NCBI GenBank assembly: GCA_017987115.1
Contig: JAGNUG010000003.1
Span: forward strand, 319-64,318
Direction of reading: 5' to 3'
Source: Flavobacteriales bacterium
Lineage (GTDB): Bacteria > Bacteroidota > Bacteroidia > Flavobacteriales_F > PHOS-HE28
Length of the DNA: 64,000 nt
Positions 34,701-44,044 of this stretch are shown piece after piece. The notes under the pieces were generated by a model, which saw only the letters and a program-made list of their open reading frames with translations, was not told the origin of the DNA and ran no database searches. Each line of letters opens with the position of its first letter. The stretch's first letter is position 1. A program made the position numbers and the translations under genes.

Positions 34701-37599
34701 TACACATACGGCAACTGGTTGCACACGTAGCAGTACGATCACCATTACCGTAAACACCGGTTATACGATCAACGCTGGTCCGGACCAAACTGTGTGTTCA
34801 ACTGTAGGACAACAGCTCAACGTGATCCACAATGTACCGAATGCGACATATGCGTGGACACCCGCCTTATCGTTCATCAATTCCAACGTCCAATCTCCGA
34901 TCATTCAAACGGACGGCACTCAGACATTTACCGTCGTGGTCACCGATCTGAACGGATGCACTGTGACCGACAACATTACACTTACACGCGCATTCGCCAA
35001 CTTGCCGGCAACTCAGAATGTAAGCGGTTGTAGCAACCTTACGAATACGCTGACAGCACCGGTTGCAGGGGTGAACTACGCGTGGGCTACACCTTCCGGC
35101 CCAGGACCCACCGGACCCGGTTTCCAAAGCATCAATGCGACCGCAAGTGGTGCACACTCCGTAACCATAACGGATGCACAGGGCTGCACAGGCACCACAA
35201 CGTTCAACGTGAACCTGTTCGCGGTTCCTTTCGTGGATCTTGGTCCTGATGTATCACTTTGCGGATCACAAGGTCATGTACTGAACGCAGGAAATGCTGG
35301 AAATACCTTTCTCTGGAACACTAATGCCACTTCGCAATCCATTAATACTACCAGCTCCGGTATGTATTCCGTTTCGGTAACGAACAGCAATGGCTGCACA
35401 GCATCGGACAATATCAATGTGCAGTTCAATTCAGCTCCCATTGATGTTCTACAGAATGTGACCGCTTGTGTTTCCACTCCACCAACACTGAACGCAGGAA
35501 ACGCCGGTGCCACTTACTTATGGAGCAACAACGCCACTTCCCAGAGCATAACACCGACCACTAGCGGAACATACACTGTACAAGTAACAACGCCACAGCA
35601 ATGCACTGCGGTATTCGACGCTGTAGTAACGCTTGCTCCATCATTGGATGTTCATCTGGGCAATGACACCACGATCTGCCAAGGTGCAAGTGTGCTTCTC
35701 GATGCAGGAACTCCAAGCGCAACGCATCTATGGAATACCGCTGCTACATCACAAACATTGAACGTGTCATCTAGTGGAACATATAGTGTTACGATCAGTA
35801 ACAGTGGCTGCTCTGCAACGGACGCTATAACGATCAATGTCGCTCCAATGCCTGTGGATGTTCTACAGGATGTAACCACATGCATTACCACCCCGCCTTC
35901 GCTGAACGCAGGCAATTCCGGATCTACATTCCTATGGAATACCAATGCTCAATCCCAATCGATCTCGCCGATCATAAGCGGAACCTACAGTGTGCTGATC
36001 ACATCCCCTCAACTATGCAGCGCTACCTATGATGCGATCGTTACGCTTACTCCGGAAATTAGTGTTGCGTTAGGTAACGACACGACGATCTGCCAAGGAA
36101 CATCGCTCATTCTTGATGCAGGCAACGCAGGTGATTCACATACATGGAACACCTCGGAAACAACACAGACACTTACCGTGACGAACAGCGGAACGTATAG
36201 TGTGGTTGTTAGCAATGGCGGATGCTCAGCGAGTGATGCAATACAACTGACCATTGCCCCGATGCCTGTCGATGCGCTGACCGACGTCGTTATTTGCGAA
36301 GATGAGGATGTGACTTTGGATGCAGGGAACAACGGTAGTACGTTCCAGTGGGCCAGTGGGCAGACAACGCAGTTAATTACACCCTTGATCAGTGGCCTGT
36401 ATTCCGTAACAGTTACTACGGCCGATAATTGCACCAGCACATTCGATTCGCAAGTGGTCATCTCTCCATTGATCAACATTGAACTTGGTAACGATACGGT
36501 CCTCTGTCAAGGAACATCAATGGTCCTGGACGCAACTTCTCCGGTAGCGACATATCTGTGGAGTACCGGTGCAAACTCACCTACACTCTCTGTTACACAA
36601 CAAGGAGTCTATTCCGTTACCGTACAGAATGCGGGTTGTGAAGCAACGGATATCATCACAGTGGATTATGTGGATGCTCCAACAGACCAACTGACTGACG
36701 TGACCGTGTGCATCGAGGAAAGCGTGATCCTGGATGCCGGTAACCCGGGAAGCACATACCTCTGGAGCACTGGCAGTTCAGATCAGACGATCAGTCCAAC
36801 GTCGAACGGCACCTATTCGGTGATCGTGACCAACCCGATCGGTTGTGTGCGCACATTCGATGTTGATGTCGTTCTAGTGCCGCTGCCGAACATTGAACTG
36901 GGAAATGATACGATCCTTTGCGATGGAGAGCTCATAGTTCTGGATGCAAAGAGTCTGGGATCCACGTACCAATGGAACACTGGGGAAACGACACGAACAT
37001 TGGATGTTACTACTCCTGGCACCTACTCCGTGATCGTTAACAACGGCTATTGTGCCGTAAGCGACTCCATCGCTGTAGGCTTTGATCCCTCTCCTGCAAG
37101 CATAGCCGCTCACCAATTCATCACATGCCTGGATGAAAAGCCCGGATACGTGATCATTGATGCAGGGAATGAAGGCGCGCATTTCAATTGGAGCACTGGT
37201 GAAGTAACCCAGGTCATCCATGCTGACACATATGGAACGTATCTCATCGAAGTGACCAACATGTACGATTGCTCCATGCGTGACTCCATTGAGGTGACAG
37301 AGTACTGCCCTTCCACGCTCTATATGCCAAATACGTTCACTCCGAACGGAGACGGCCTGAATGATATTTTCATTCCGGTCGGAAAGAATATCTCATCGAT
37401 ACACTTAATGATCTTCGATCGATGGGGAGGATTACTATTTGAAAGCAATGATCCAGATACAGGCTGGGATGGCACCTCCCAAGGTCAACTAGTAAAGAAC
37501 GACATCTACGCATGGAAACTGGAATACCGATTCATTGACAAGAATGGTGTTGAAAGTCTACTTCAAAAAGAGATCGGACACGTGCAGGTACTTCAATGA
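31750..37599 (+). CDS. giant (1949 aa) T9SS type B (CHU_C / gliding-motility C-terminal domain) adhesin
   Basis: The signal peptide reads ...GGTTFG|QSTDL. The N-terminal IgGFc-binding-N-like domain has GKTFWAGFMRN...GDPSMILIEP. More than 18 Cys-pair Ig-like modules follow. The C-terminus reads YMPNTFTPNGDGLNDIFIPVG...IFDRWGGLLFES...GWDGT...YAWKLEYRF, the type B sorting domain signature. Confidence 0.85.
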   Translation: MLKTITCLFAISRKCTLIATLLFVLGGTTFGQSTDLPTRGKTFWAGFMRNANSGAANLRVHILSTTATSGTVTMPLTGWSAPFSVAANGATIVNVSLTAENIGSGSIVPKGVLITSADSVNVFISSYQNQTHDLTQLLPETSLGSVYRVDAYKGFPNLGNLYKSELLIVGTEDGTQVDIVPAVNLLAGGAAGVPFSITLNAGQTYQLQAATDGLDLTGTTIKAAANSTCKPFAVFGGSQCALVPNTCQACDMVFEQMRPVASWGTRYFTVPVNGVSQFTYRILADQNATSITVAGGAPMILNAGQVHEVNGTAVPVCIQANKPISVAQLLQGNQCAGTGDPSMILIEPADRLTKRASFQTLSSGTLNQHSISVVMPASGLGQLTLNGASVSSALFTPFPNCTDRVYAKIQVSAGVHRLASTTGFQLYMFGLGNGESYGGSVRNIAAIPLQTDSLICGTGPVILTSPETLANAQWTAASAPSTVLANGNTFAFTPTGSDSYTVTGGSALTGCPRSFTYHIGVPVTVLPNATANGANTASICQFAPVQLGLSPAPDPAWFDINWSPGSSLNDPTIGAPIATPYSTTWYTVDIVSPVGCGSFKDSVLVTVQPAQLRDLDTFVNDPSICVGETVQLSSSALRIIATDRFNSTPEPLWNAIQGGSIAIECGGLTGTALYFNGAGQRFAKTNGFNTSGGGRVEFYLKVGTGTAPCEDADPGEDIIFQYSTNNGISWNTPPNGTLHQDLYPTFLPVSIDLPLSAQGPNVIFKISQPVHSGAGQDNWSIDDLIISRVDNSWLNYLWTPANTSPSSSNTLASPSTSSWYYLQVTDPTGGCVHRDSVYVSVSPAMSMTVTPNSTLCTPAPVQLNANAGAGAQYSWSTTNGTLSATTIANPTANSNATATYNVQATNAIGCTINGAVTVTVAPALSLTLSTANDPLCQGQSTQLTAVGSGAPGLTYSWTGAGLNNPNIANPIASPTQTTTYTCTLTHTATGCTRSSTITITVNTGYTINAGPDQTVCSTVGQQLNVIHNVPNATYAWTPALSFINSNVQSPIIQTDGTQTFTVVVTDLNGCTVTDNITLTRAFANLPATQNVSGCSNLTNTLTAPVAGVNYAWATPSGPGPTGPGFQSINATASGAHSVTITDAQGCTGTTTFNVNLFAVPFVDLGPDVSLCGSQGHVLNAGNAGNTFLWNTNATSQSINTTSSGMYSVSVTNSNGCTASDNINVQFNSAPIDVLQNVTACVSTPPTLNAGNAGATYLWSNNATSQSITPTTSGTYTVQVTTPQQCTAVFDAVVTLAPSLDVHLGNDTTICQGASVLLDAGTPSATHLWNTAATSQTLNVSSSGTYSVTISNSGCSATDAITINVAPMPVDVLQDVTTCITTPPSLNAGNSGSTFLWNTNAQSQSISPIISGTYSVLITSPQLCSATYDAIVTLTPEISVALGNDTTICQGTSLILDAGNAGDSHTWNTSETTQTLTVTNSGTYSVVVSNGGCSASDAIQLTIAPMPVDALTDVVICEDEDVTLDAGNNGSTFQWASGQTTQLITPLISGLYSVTVTTADNCTSTFDSQVVISPLINIELGNDTVLCQGTSMVLDATSPVATYLWSTGANSPTLSVTQQGVYSVTVQNAGCEATDIITVDYVDAPTDQLTDVTVCIEESVILDAGNPGSTYLWSTGSSDQTISPTSNGTYSVIVTNPIGCVRTFDVDVVLVPLPNIELGNDTILCDGELIVLDAKSLGSTYQWNTGETTRTLDVTTPGTYSVIVNNGYCAVSDSIAVGFDPSPASIAAHQFITCLDEKPGYVIIDAGNEGAHFNWSTGEVTQVIHADTYGTYLIEVTNMYDCSMRDSIEVTEYCPSTLYMPNTFTPNGDGLNDIFIPVGKNISSIHLMIFDRWGGLLFESNDPDTGWDGTSQGQLVKNDIYAWKLEYRFIDKNGVESLLQKEIGHVQVLQ
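35230..37308 (+). repeat. ten ~69-aa modules arranged as five alternating A/B pairs (coding, diverged at nucleotide level)
   Basis: The A type reads LGNDT.[IL]CQG.S..LDAG....H.WNT..T[ST]QTL.V..SGTYSV...N.GC.A.D.I. The B type reads P[VI]D.L.DVT.C......L.AGN.G[SA]T[FY]LW.....SQ.I.P..SG.Y[ST]V......C. These were read from the translation. Confidence 0.7.
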
Positions 37600-37619
37600 A
37601 CCTGTAGCAATATCCAGGT

Positions 37620-38399
37620 TCAAAGGTCCAACCGGAATATATCGGCATCCTGACCCGCTGGGAATTTACCCCGAAAGTCCTGCAATGCCGTTCGGTCCAG
37701 CAATGCCGTTGCAATACCTTCTTCGCTTGGCGTAACTCTACTAATCTGCTCTCCACGTGGGTCGATGGCGACCGAGTCTCCGCTGTAGTGATGTCCCTTC
37801 CCATCCATTCCGACCCGATTTACGCCAACAACATATGCTTGATTCTCAATGGCACGTGCGATCAACAATTGACTCCATGGATAACGACGGGCTTCGGGCC
37901 AATTCGCAACATAGAGCATAGCGTCAACATCACCACGGTTCCTGCTGAATACCGGAAATCGCAGATCATAGCAGACCTGTAATAGGATCCGCCAATTCCT
38001 CCACTCTACAACGACCCGTTCACTGCCCGCAGCAAAAAACTTCTGCTCATCTGCCATCCGGAACAAATGCCGCTTGTCGTAATGGTCGATCATTCCGTCC
38101 GGACGAACGAATAGTCCTCGGTTGTAGCGTTCACCATCGTCCTCAATGATAATGCTGCCATAGATGGCCGCATCGCATCGCTTGGCTTGACCTCGCATCC
38201 AGGCGATTGTCGCCCCGTCCATGGTCTCACTAAGATCATGGCTCCTCATGCTGAATCCGGTACTGAACATTTCCGGCAAGACGATCAGATCTGTACTTCC
38301 TTGGAGCGGGGCGAGTTTCTCCGAGAACATGGCACAATTCGCTTCCGCATCCTCCCAGTGCAACATGCTCTGGACCAATGTTACTCTTAGATCCTGCAT
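37620..38399 (-). CDS. carbon-nitrogen hydrolase (nitrilase superfamily), omega-amidase/YafV-like
   Basis: The Glu-Lys-Cys triad contexts are LPEMFSTGF, YDKRHLF and ILLQVCYDLRFP. The product is 259 aa. Confidence 0.8.
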   Translation of the reverse strand: MQDLRVTLVQSMLHWEDAEANCAMFSEKLAPLQGSTDLIVLPEMFSTGFSMRSHDLSETMDGATIAWMRGQAKRCDAAIYGSIIIEDDGERYNRGLFVRPDGMIDHYDKRHLFRMADEQKFFAAGSERVVVEWRNWRILLQVCYDLRFPVFSRNRGDVDAMLYVANWPEARRYPWSQLLIARAIENQAYVVGVNRVGMDGKGHHYSGDSVAIDPRGEQISRVTPSEEGIATALLDRTALQDFRGKFPAGQDADIFRLDL

Positions 38400-39535
38400 A
38401 ACCGTTCGATCGCTTTATCCAATGTACTATCCTCTTTTGCAAAACAGAAACGCATCAACCGTTGCCCTTCTGGCTTCGCAGCATAGAAAGGCGAAAGCGG
38501 AATGCCTGCTACGCCGTGCTCTTCTGCAAGTGTCACAGCGAAGTCCAGATCATGTGAATCGCTGATCCCGGAATGATCCGCTACTTGAAAATAGGAACCT
38601 TCACACGGCAATAAACGCCAACGCGACCCTTTCAGACCATTCATGAAACGGTCGCGTTTCTTCTGATACATCTCCGACACATTCTCATATACGGATGGGG
38701 CTTTCATGTATGAGGCCAACGCATGTTGCATGGGCGTATTCACACTGAATACATTGAACTGATGCACTTTCCGGAAACCCTTCATCAACGCTTCCGGTGC
38801 CAGAACATATCCTCCTTTCCAACCCGTAGCATGGAACACTTTCCCGAAACTGAATACAACGAATGCTCTTTCCCGCAATTCCGGATAACGGATCGCTGAT
38901 GCATGGCCGGCCGGATCGAAAACGATATGCTCATACACCTCATCACTAAGAAGAAGGATATTGGTGCCCTTCAGCACCGCCGCGATCATTAGCATATCCG
39001 CTTCTCGAAGGATCGTCCCTGCCGGGTTGTGCGGCGTATTGATGATCAATAAACGGGTTCGAGGAGTGATGGCCTTGGTCACATCAGCAATACTGAAACC
39101 CATCTCATTGCTCAACGCAACATGCACGGGGATACCGCCAAACAATTCCACGGCAGGTGCGTAACAGTCATACGCCGGATCGATGATGATGACCTCATCG
39201 CCAAAAGAAACAACCGCACCAATGGCGGTGAATATGGCTTGGGTAGCGCCTGCGGTTATGGTAACCTCCGTATCCGGATCATAGCTCGCACCATAGAGAT
39301 GATGCACTTTACTCACGATCGCTTCTCGCAATGCTGGCAGTCCTGCCATTGGAGCGTATTGATTGTGCCCCGCCTTCATTGCCGAAGCCACCAGTTCGGT
39401 CAATGCTGGATCGATCGGAAAATCCGGAAACCCTTGGCTTAAATTGATCGCACCGGTCTTTTGTGCCAACTGGCTCATGATCGTGAATATCGTGGTACCC
39501 ACCCTGGGTAACTTGTCAGGAACCGTGATCGCCAT
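38387..39535 (-). CDS. class I/II pyridoxal-phosphate aminotransferase, YbdL/methionine-aminotransferase-like
   Basis: From the ATG at 39535 the product reads MAITVPDKLPRVGTTIFTIMSQLA...INLSQGFPDF...NQYAPMAGL...NTPHNPAG...SFGKVFHATGWKGGY (Schiff-base Lys context). Its stop overlaps the amidase start by 13 nt. Confidence 0.85.
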   Translation of the reverse strand: MAITVPDKLPRVGTTIFTIMSQLAQKTGAINLSQGFPDFPIDPALTELVASAMKAGHNQYAPMAGLPALREAIVSKVHHLYGASYDPDTEVTITAGATQAIFTAIGAVVSFGDEVIIIDPAYDCYAPAVELFGGIPVHVALSNEMGFSIADVTKAITPRTRLLIINTPHNPAGTILREADMLMIAAVLKGTNILLLSDEVYEHIVFDPAGHASAIRYPELRERAFVVFSFGKVFHATGWKGGYVLAPEALMKGFRKVHQFNVFSVNTPMQHALASYMKAPSVYENVSEMYQKKRDRFMNGLKGSRWRLLPCEGSYFQVADHSGISDSHDLDFAVTLAEEHGVAGIPLSPFYAAKPEGQRLMRFCFAKEDSTLDKAIERLCRI

Positions 39536-39618
39536 CGGGTGGTGAAAGTAAGTTAAGCGCAAAGAAAAAGGCCTCGACAATGCAAGACCTTTCTTGGTAT
39601 CAGGAAAGCGATCAGCGC

Positions 39619-40062
39619 TTATTCTTTGAAGCCCATCAATATAGCAACGCAACCTACATGTACCATGGAGCTATTTCCTTTCTCAGGCACCCAGACCACA
39701 ACTTTCATTTGCGCCGTGTTCGTGGACTTAAGGTCGAAATAGCGTTTAGGTGAATCTGCAAGGCTCTCGAATACGATCTTGTTGAAAGCATCCACGATCT
39801 TCCAATTCACCTCCCCTAGAATCGGATGTGCACAGACCATGACCCGGTACTCTTGGCCGCTATAGAATGTAAGGTTTACTTCGGCCTCATCACCAGGACT
39901 CAATTGCGCTCCATTGAACGATTCATTGAACTTGTATGGAGCCAATTCAGGAAGGCACTTATTCTTCGCGAAACTCCGACATTGGGCCAATGCATCGCTA
40001 GCAGAGAACACGAAAGCTAAGGCAACAATGACTTGGGTAAGAATGGTTCGTACGTTGAGCAT
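39619..40062 (-). CDS. secreted hypothetical protein (147 aa)
   Basis: The signal peptide reads ...FSASDALA|QCRSF. There are four Cys residues and a beta-rich sequence. No family was recognised. Confidence 0.5.
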   Translation of the reverse strand: MLNVRTILTQVIVALAFVFSASDALAQCRSFAKNKCLPELAPYKFNESFNGAQLSPGDEAEVNLTFYSGQEYRVMVCAHPILGEVNWKIVDAFNKIVFESLADSPKRYFDLKSTNTAQMKVVVWVPEKGNSSMVHVGCVAILMGFKE

Positions 40063-40070
40063 TGCGGCGA

Positions 40071-40961
40071 TCAGTTGATGAAGTTGGTACGGATGGTCGC
40101 CGCTTTTTCACTTATGGCGAACAATTGTGCATCTGTCAATGTTGCTGGCTCACCACCGCTAACAACGACGGCTACACCGCGCTCCTCACTAACGGAGCTT
40201 TCTCCAGCGGTCTGCTTCACTTCCTCGAACAATACCTGAAGCGCAGCAAGATCCGCTCTCACGCCTTCCAAGGTTGCATCCTGAACATTATAACTATCCA
40301 CTAGCGCGATCAGGTCCTTCAATGAAAGTTTCTGTTCAGCAATACGTTGGCGTAGTTCAGGAGAATCATTCGTTTTGGCCACTTCCGTGGATATGTACAA
40401 ACCCTCGACCCAGCCACCTACGATCATCAACGCGCTTATGTTATGCCGATCATTCTCCTTCAAATAGGCATCAACATTCCAATAGGTCTCACTGATCACG
40501 TCAAGCAAGGCATCCCGATCATTCTGATGTTTTTGCATTACTTCCAACGTGCTGTCGTTAAAGGCGTTGCTCACGCCCAATCGATCAGCCAATTTCTTGG
40601 CGCAGGACGTATAGAACATGCTCTCCTGTGTGTGATTGAAAACACTGGTATAGCTCAGGTCCGCACCATATACCCCAAGGTTTAGTGCTTGTTTACTAGC
40701 TGCGGTGTACTTATCCACGTTCTTAACATCGTTCAGGATCGTGCTGTTGTACTTGGCGCCAGCTTTCTTCAGCAAACTTGCCGTTTCCATCGGTGAAGGG
40801 ATATTATAGAAGATGTTCTTGGTCTTCTTTACCCGATCAGCTTGGGCGGTACTATCAATGGCATTGTCCACTTTCAACGCCTCCTGCGGCGGTGGCTCAC
40901 TTCCACAAGCAGTGAAAAGTGTGGTAATAGCCAAGACCAATGACCATATATAGATCTTCAT
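40071..40961 (-). CDS. helical lipoprotein of unknown function (296 aa)
   Basis: The lipobox is TLFTAC|GSEPPP. The rest looks predominantly helical by composition. Its stop lies 8 nt upstream of the next gene. Confidence 0.5.
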   Translation of the reverse strand: MKIYIWSLVLAITTLFTACGSEPPPQEALKVDNAIDSTAQADRVKKTKNIFYNIPSPMETASLLKKAGAKYNSTILNDVKNVDKYTAASKQALNLGVYGADLSYTSVFNHTQESMFYTSCAKKLADRLGVSNAFNDSTLEVMQKHQNDRDALLDVISETYWNVDAYLKENDRHNISALMIVGGWVEGLYISTEVAKTNDSPELRQRIAEQKLSLKDLIALVDSYNVQDATLEGVRADLAALQVLFEEVKQTAGESSVSEERGVAVVVSGGEPATLTDAQLFAISEKAATIRTNFIN

Positions 40962-41019
40962 AGCAGTTTCTGGGTTAGAGAGATAGCGCGGTAAAGATGC
41001 CGGTTAATAGTGATGGGGA

Positions 41020-43857
41020 TCAATGAGCTTCCAACCAGTTTTTCCCCATCTGCATGTCAACAACAAGTGGAACGTCCAATGCCAACGCACCTTCCATGAG
41101 TTCTTTGACCATTGCCTTAACGGCATCCGCTTCAGAAAGTTCCACGTCGAAAACCAATTCATCATGCACTTGCAGGAGCATCTTGCTCTTTAACCGGTCC
41201 TTGGATAGACGTTCATGGATCCTGACCATGGCCAGTTTGATGATGTCAGCAGCGGTTCCCTGCATTGGGGCGTTGATCGCAACCCGTTCCGCAGCAGCTC
41301 GGACCGTATTATTCCCACTGGTGATATCCGGTAAATAACGACGACGACCAAGCATGGTTTTCACGTAACCATGCTCTCTACAGAACGCGATCTGTTCGTC
41401 CATATACGAACGGACCCCAGGGAACTGAGTAAAATAGTCATCGATGATCTGTTTGGCCTCCGCCCTAGGTATACTCAAGTTCTGGCTTAGTCCGAATGCT
41501 CCTTGACCATATGCAATGCCGAAATTCACAGCTTTCGCTCGGCTTCGTTGCTCGCGGGAAACAGCATCAATAGCCACATTGAAGACCTTAGCTGCCGTTG
41601 CTGCATGTATGTCCAGACCTTGTTTGAAGGCTTCTTGCATGTTGGCATCACCGCTCATGTGCGCGATCACCCGTAATTCGATCTGGCTATAATCCGCGCT
41701 AAGCAATTCGTATCCTTCGCCGCGTGGTACGAATGCTTTTCGGATCTCACGACCTTTCTCTGTCCGGATCGGTATATTCTGCAGATTAGGATCGTTGCTC
41801 GCCAACCGTCCTGTGGCCGCAACAGCTTGCAAATAGTTGGTGTGAACACGACCCGTGATCGGATCAGCGGCAGCCGGCAATGTGTCCACATAGGTACCCT
41901 TCAGCTTTCTCAGGCTCCGATAATCAAGGATCAACGGAATAATTGGATGTGCATGTGCCAAACCACTCAATACATCTTCGCTGGTCTGGTATTGACCAGT
42001 GCGCGTTTTCTTGATCTTTTCACCCCCGATCTTCAGTTGATCAAAGAGTACCTCTCCAAGTTGTTTCGGCGAGTCAAGATTGAAGACAATGCCCCCACAA
42101 GAAGTGCGAATATCTTCTTGTAAACGCTGCAGGTCCTCGGCGAGTTCCTCACTGAACGCCTTCAAAGCTGGGATATCCAACCGGATGCCTTCGCGTTCCA
42201 TGGCCGCAAGGACATTGACCAATGGCATCTCCAGGTCATTGAATAATCCATCAACCTGATCGACCTTCAGTTCGGCTGTGAACAATTCATGCAATTGCCA
42301 TGTGATATCCGCGTCCTCCGCACTGTAATCTTTTACGTCAATCACATCGGCATCGCGCATATTGCGTTGATTCTTGCCCTTGGGACCTATAAGCGTTTCA
42401 ATGGAAACAGGACGATATTGAAGGTATGTTTCACTGAGGTAATCCATCCCATGCCTGAGTTCCGGATGCAGCAGGTAGTGGGCGATCATGGTATCGAACA
42501 ACTGGCCCTTTACCTCGACACCGTAGTTGGCCATGACCACAACATCGTACTTGGCATTCTGGGCCACTTTTGAGATCGTTGGATCTTCCAGAATTGCCCT
42601 GAACCGATCCACGACTTTCTGCGCTTCCTTGCGATCTGCTGGAACCGCAACGTAATACCCTTCATGGGCTTTCCAACTGAAAGCCAATCCTACCAATTCC
42701 GCTTTCAATTGATCCGTACTCGTTGTCTCTGTATCAAAACAGAATTTCTTCAATTTACCAAGTTGCCCCACTAGGGCATCCAGATCCTTTTCTGGATCCA
42801 CCAAGAAGTAATTATGTGCAACGCTCTCGATCGTTGCCATTTCCGTTAGAACTACATTGCCATCTTCATCCGTAGTGCTTCCGAACAGGTCCACTTGACC
42901 TGGATCAGTTTGTTTTTTCCTTGCGACCGGCGATGCGGACCTGCTGTCATCCGGAGTATCCGCCGCGTCACTTTCACCCAACACCGTTTTGGTTAAGTTC
43001 CTGAATTCCAACTCACTGAATACGGCGAGGATTTTCTCTTTATTGGGTGGATCCAAATTCAAACTGGTAGGATCGAGATCCACGGGAGCATCGATCAAGA
43101 TCGTGGCAAGTTGCTTGCTCATGCGTCCTTGTTCAGCGAATTCCCGGATATTCTGCTGTTGCTTCCCTTTAAGCTGGTCAACTCCGTCCAACACCCCTTC
43201 CAGGCTGCCGAACCGTTTTACAAGCTTCATAGCCGTCTTTTCACCAATACCAGGTATTCCAGGAATGTTATCCACTGCGTCACCCATCAATCCAAGGATA
43301 TCAATTACCTGTTCGGTACGCTCCAGCCCCCAACGATCACAGACCTCCTTTACGCCTAAAACCTCAGGAGGGGCTCCTTGCCGTCCTGGTTTGTACATTT
43401 TGACCTGTTCTGTCACTAGCTGGCCAAAATCCTTATCCGGTGTAACCATGTACGTCGTAAACCCCTCTTTTTCAGCCTTTTTTGCCAGTGTACCGATTAC
43501 ATCATCCGCCTCATAACCATCGCTTTCCAGAATTGGGATATTGAATGCTTCTATGATCCGCCTTATGTAGGGTATGTTGCTTCGAATATCATCGGGCATT
43601 TCTTCCCGATTGGCTTTGTATTCTACCATTGTCGTATGCCGTTCCGTTGGCGCTGCGGTATCGAATACGACGGCAATATGGGTCGGCTTCTCGCGCTTAA
43701 TAAGGTCAAGCAATGTCAAAGTGAATCCGAAAGCCGCGCTGGTATTCAGTTTGGCACTATTGATCCTTGGATTTTTGATAAAACTGAAATAAGCCCTATA
43801 GATCAGGGCGAACGCGTCCAATAAAAAGAGGCGTTTGTCGTTGGTCGTCGATACCAT
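41020..43857 (-). CDS. polA: DNA polymerase I
   Basis: The 5' nuclease region has LFLLDAFALIYRAYF and GIPGIGEKTA. The Pol A motifs are DYSQIELRV, RRRAKAVNFGIAYG and QVHDELVF. The start is trimmed to the ATG at 43857. Confidence 0.95.
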   Translation of the reverse strand: MVSTTNDKRLFLLDAFALIYRAYFSFIKNPRINSAKLNTSAAFGFTLTLLDLIKREKPTHIAVVFDTAAPTERHTTMVEYKANREEMPDDIRSNIPYIRRIIEAFNIPILESDGYEADDVIGTLAKKAEKEGFTTYMVTPDKDFGQLVTEQVKMYKPGRQGAPPEVLGVKEVCDRWGLERTEQVIDILGLMGDAVDNIPGIPGIGEKTAMKLVKRFGSLEGVLDGVDQLKGKQQQNIREFAEQGRMSKQLATILIDAPVDLDPTSLNLDPPNKEKILAVFSELEFRNLTKTVLGESDAADTPDDSRSASPVARKKQTDPGQVDLFGSTTDEDGNVVLTEMATIESVAHNYFLVDPEKDLDALVGQLGKLKKFCFDTETTSTDQLKAELVGLAFSWKAHEGYYVAVPADRKEAQKVVDRFRAILEDPTISKVAQNAKYDVVVMANYGVEVKGQLFDTMIAHYLLHPELRHGMDYLSETYLQYRPVSIETLIGPKGKNQRNMRDADVIDVKDYSAEDADITWQLHELFTAELKVDQVDGLFNDLEMPLVNVLAAMEREGIRLDIPALKAFSEELAEDLQRLQEDIRTSCGGIVFNLDSPKQLGEVLFDQLKIGGEKIKKTRTGQYQTSEDVLSGLAHAHPIIPLILDYRSLRKLKGTYVDTLPAAADPITGRVHTNYLQAVAATGRLASNDPNLQNIPIRTEKGREIRKAFVPRGEGYELLSADYSQIELRVIAHMSGDANMQEAFKQGLDIHAATAAKVFNVAIDAVSREQRSRAKAVNFGIAYGQGAFGLSQNLSIPRAEAKQIIDDYFTQFPGVRSYMDEQIAFCREHGYVKTMLGRRRYLPDITSGNNTVRAAAERVAINAPMQGTAADIIKLAMVRIHERLSKDRLKSKMLLQVHDELVFDVELSEADAVKAMVKELMEGALALDVPLVVDMQMGKNWLEAH

Positions 43858-44044
43858 GGGACTAAGGTAATTGCTAGGTTCCGTTTGCGCCTTACACGGC
43901 AGCAACCCTACTGAAACCGATACTTTTCAGCGGTTCGCAATGAGCTCTTGCTCCGCATAGGACCATGCTTGGCAGCTGTCAGTTCCTAAAACTTGTCGAA
44001 TTCCTCTTGTGCAGATTTTGTAAATAACTTATCTTGCGTCGATT

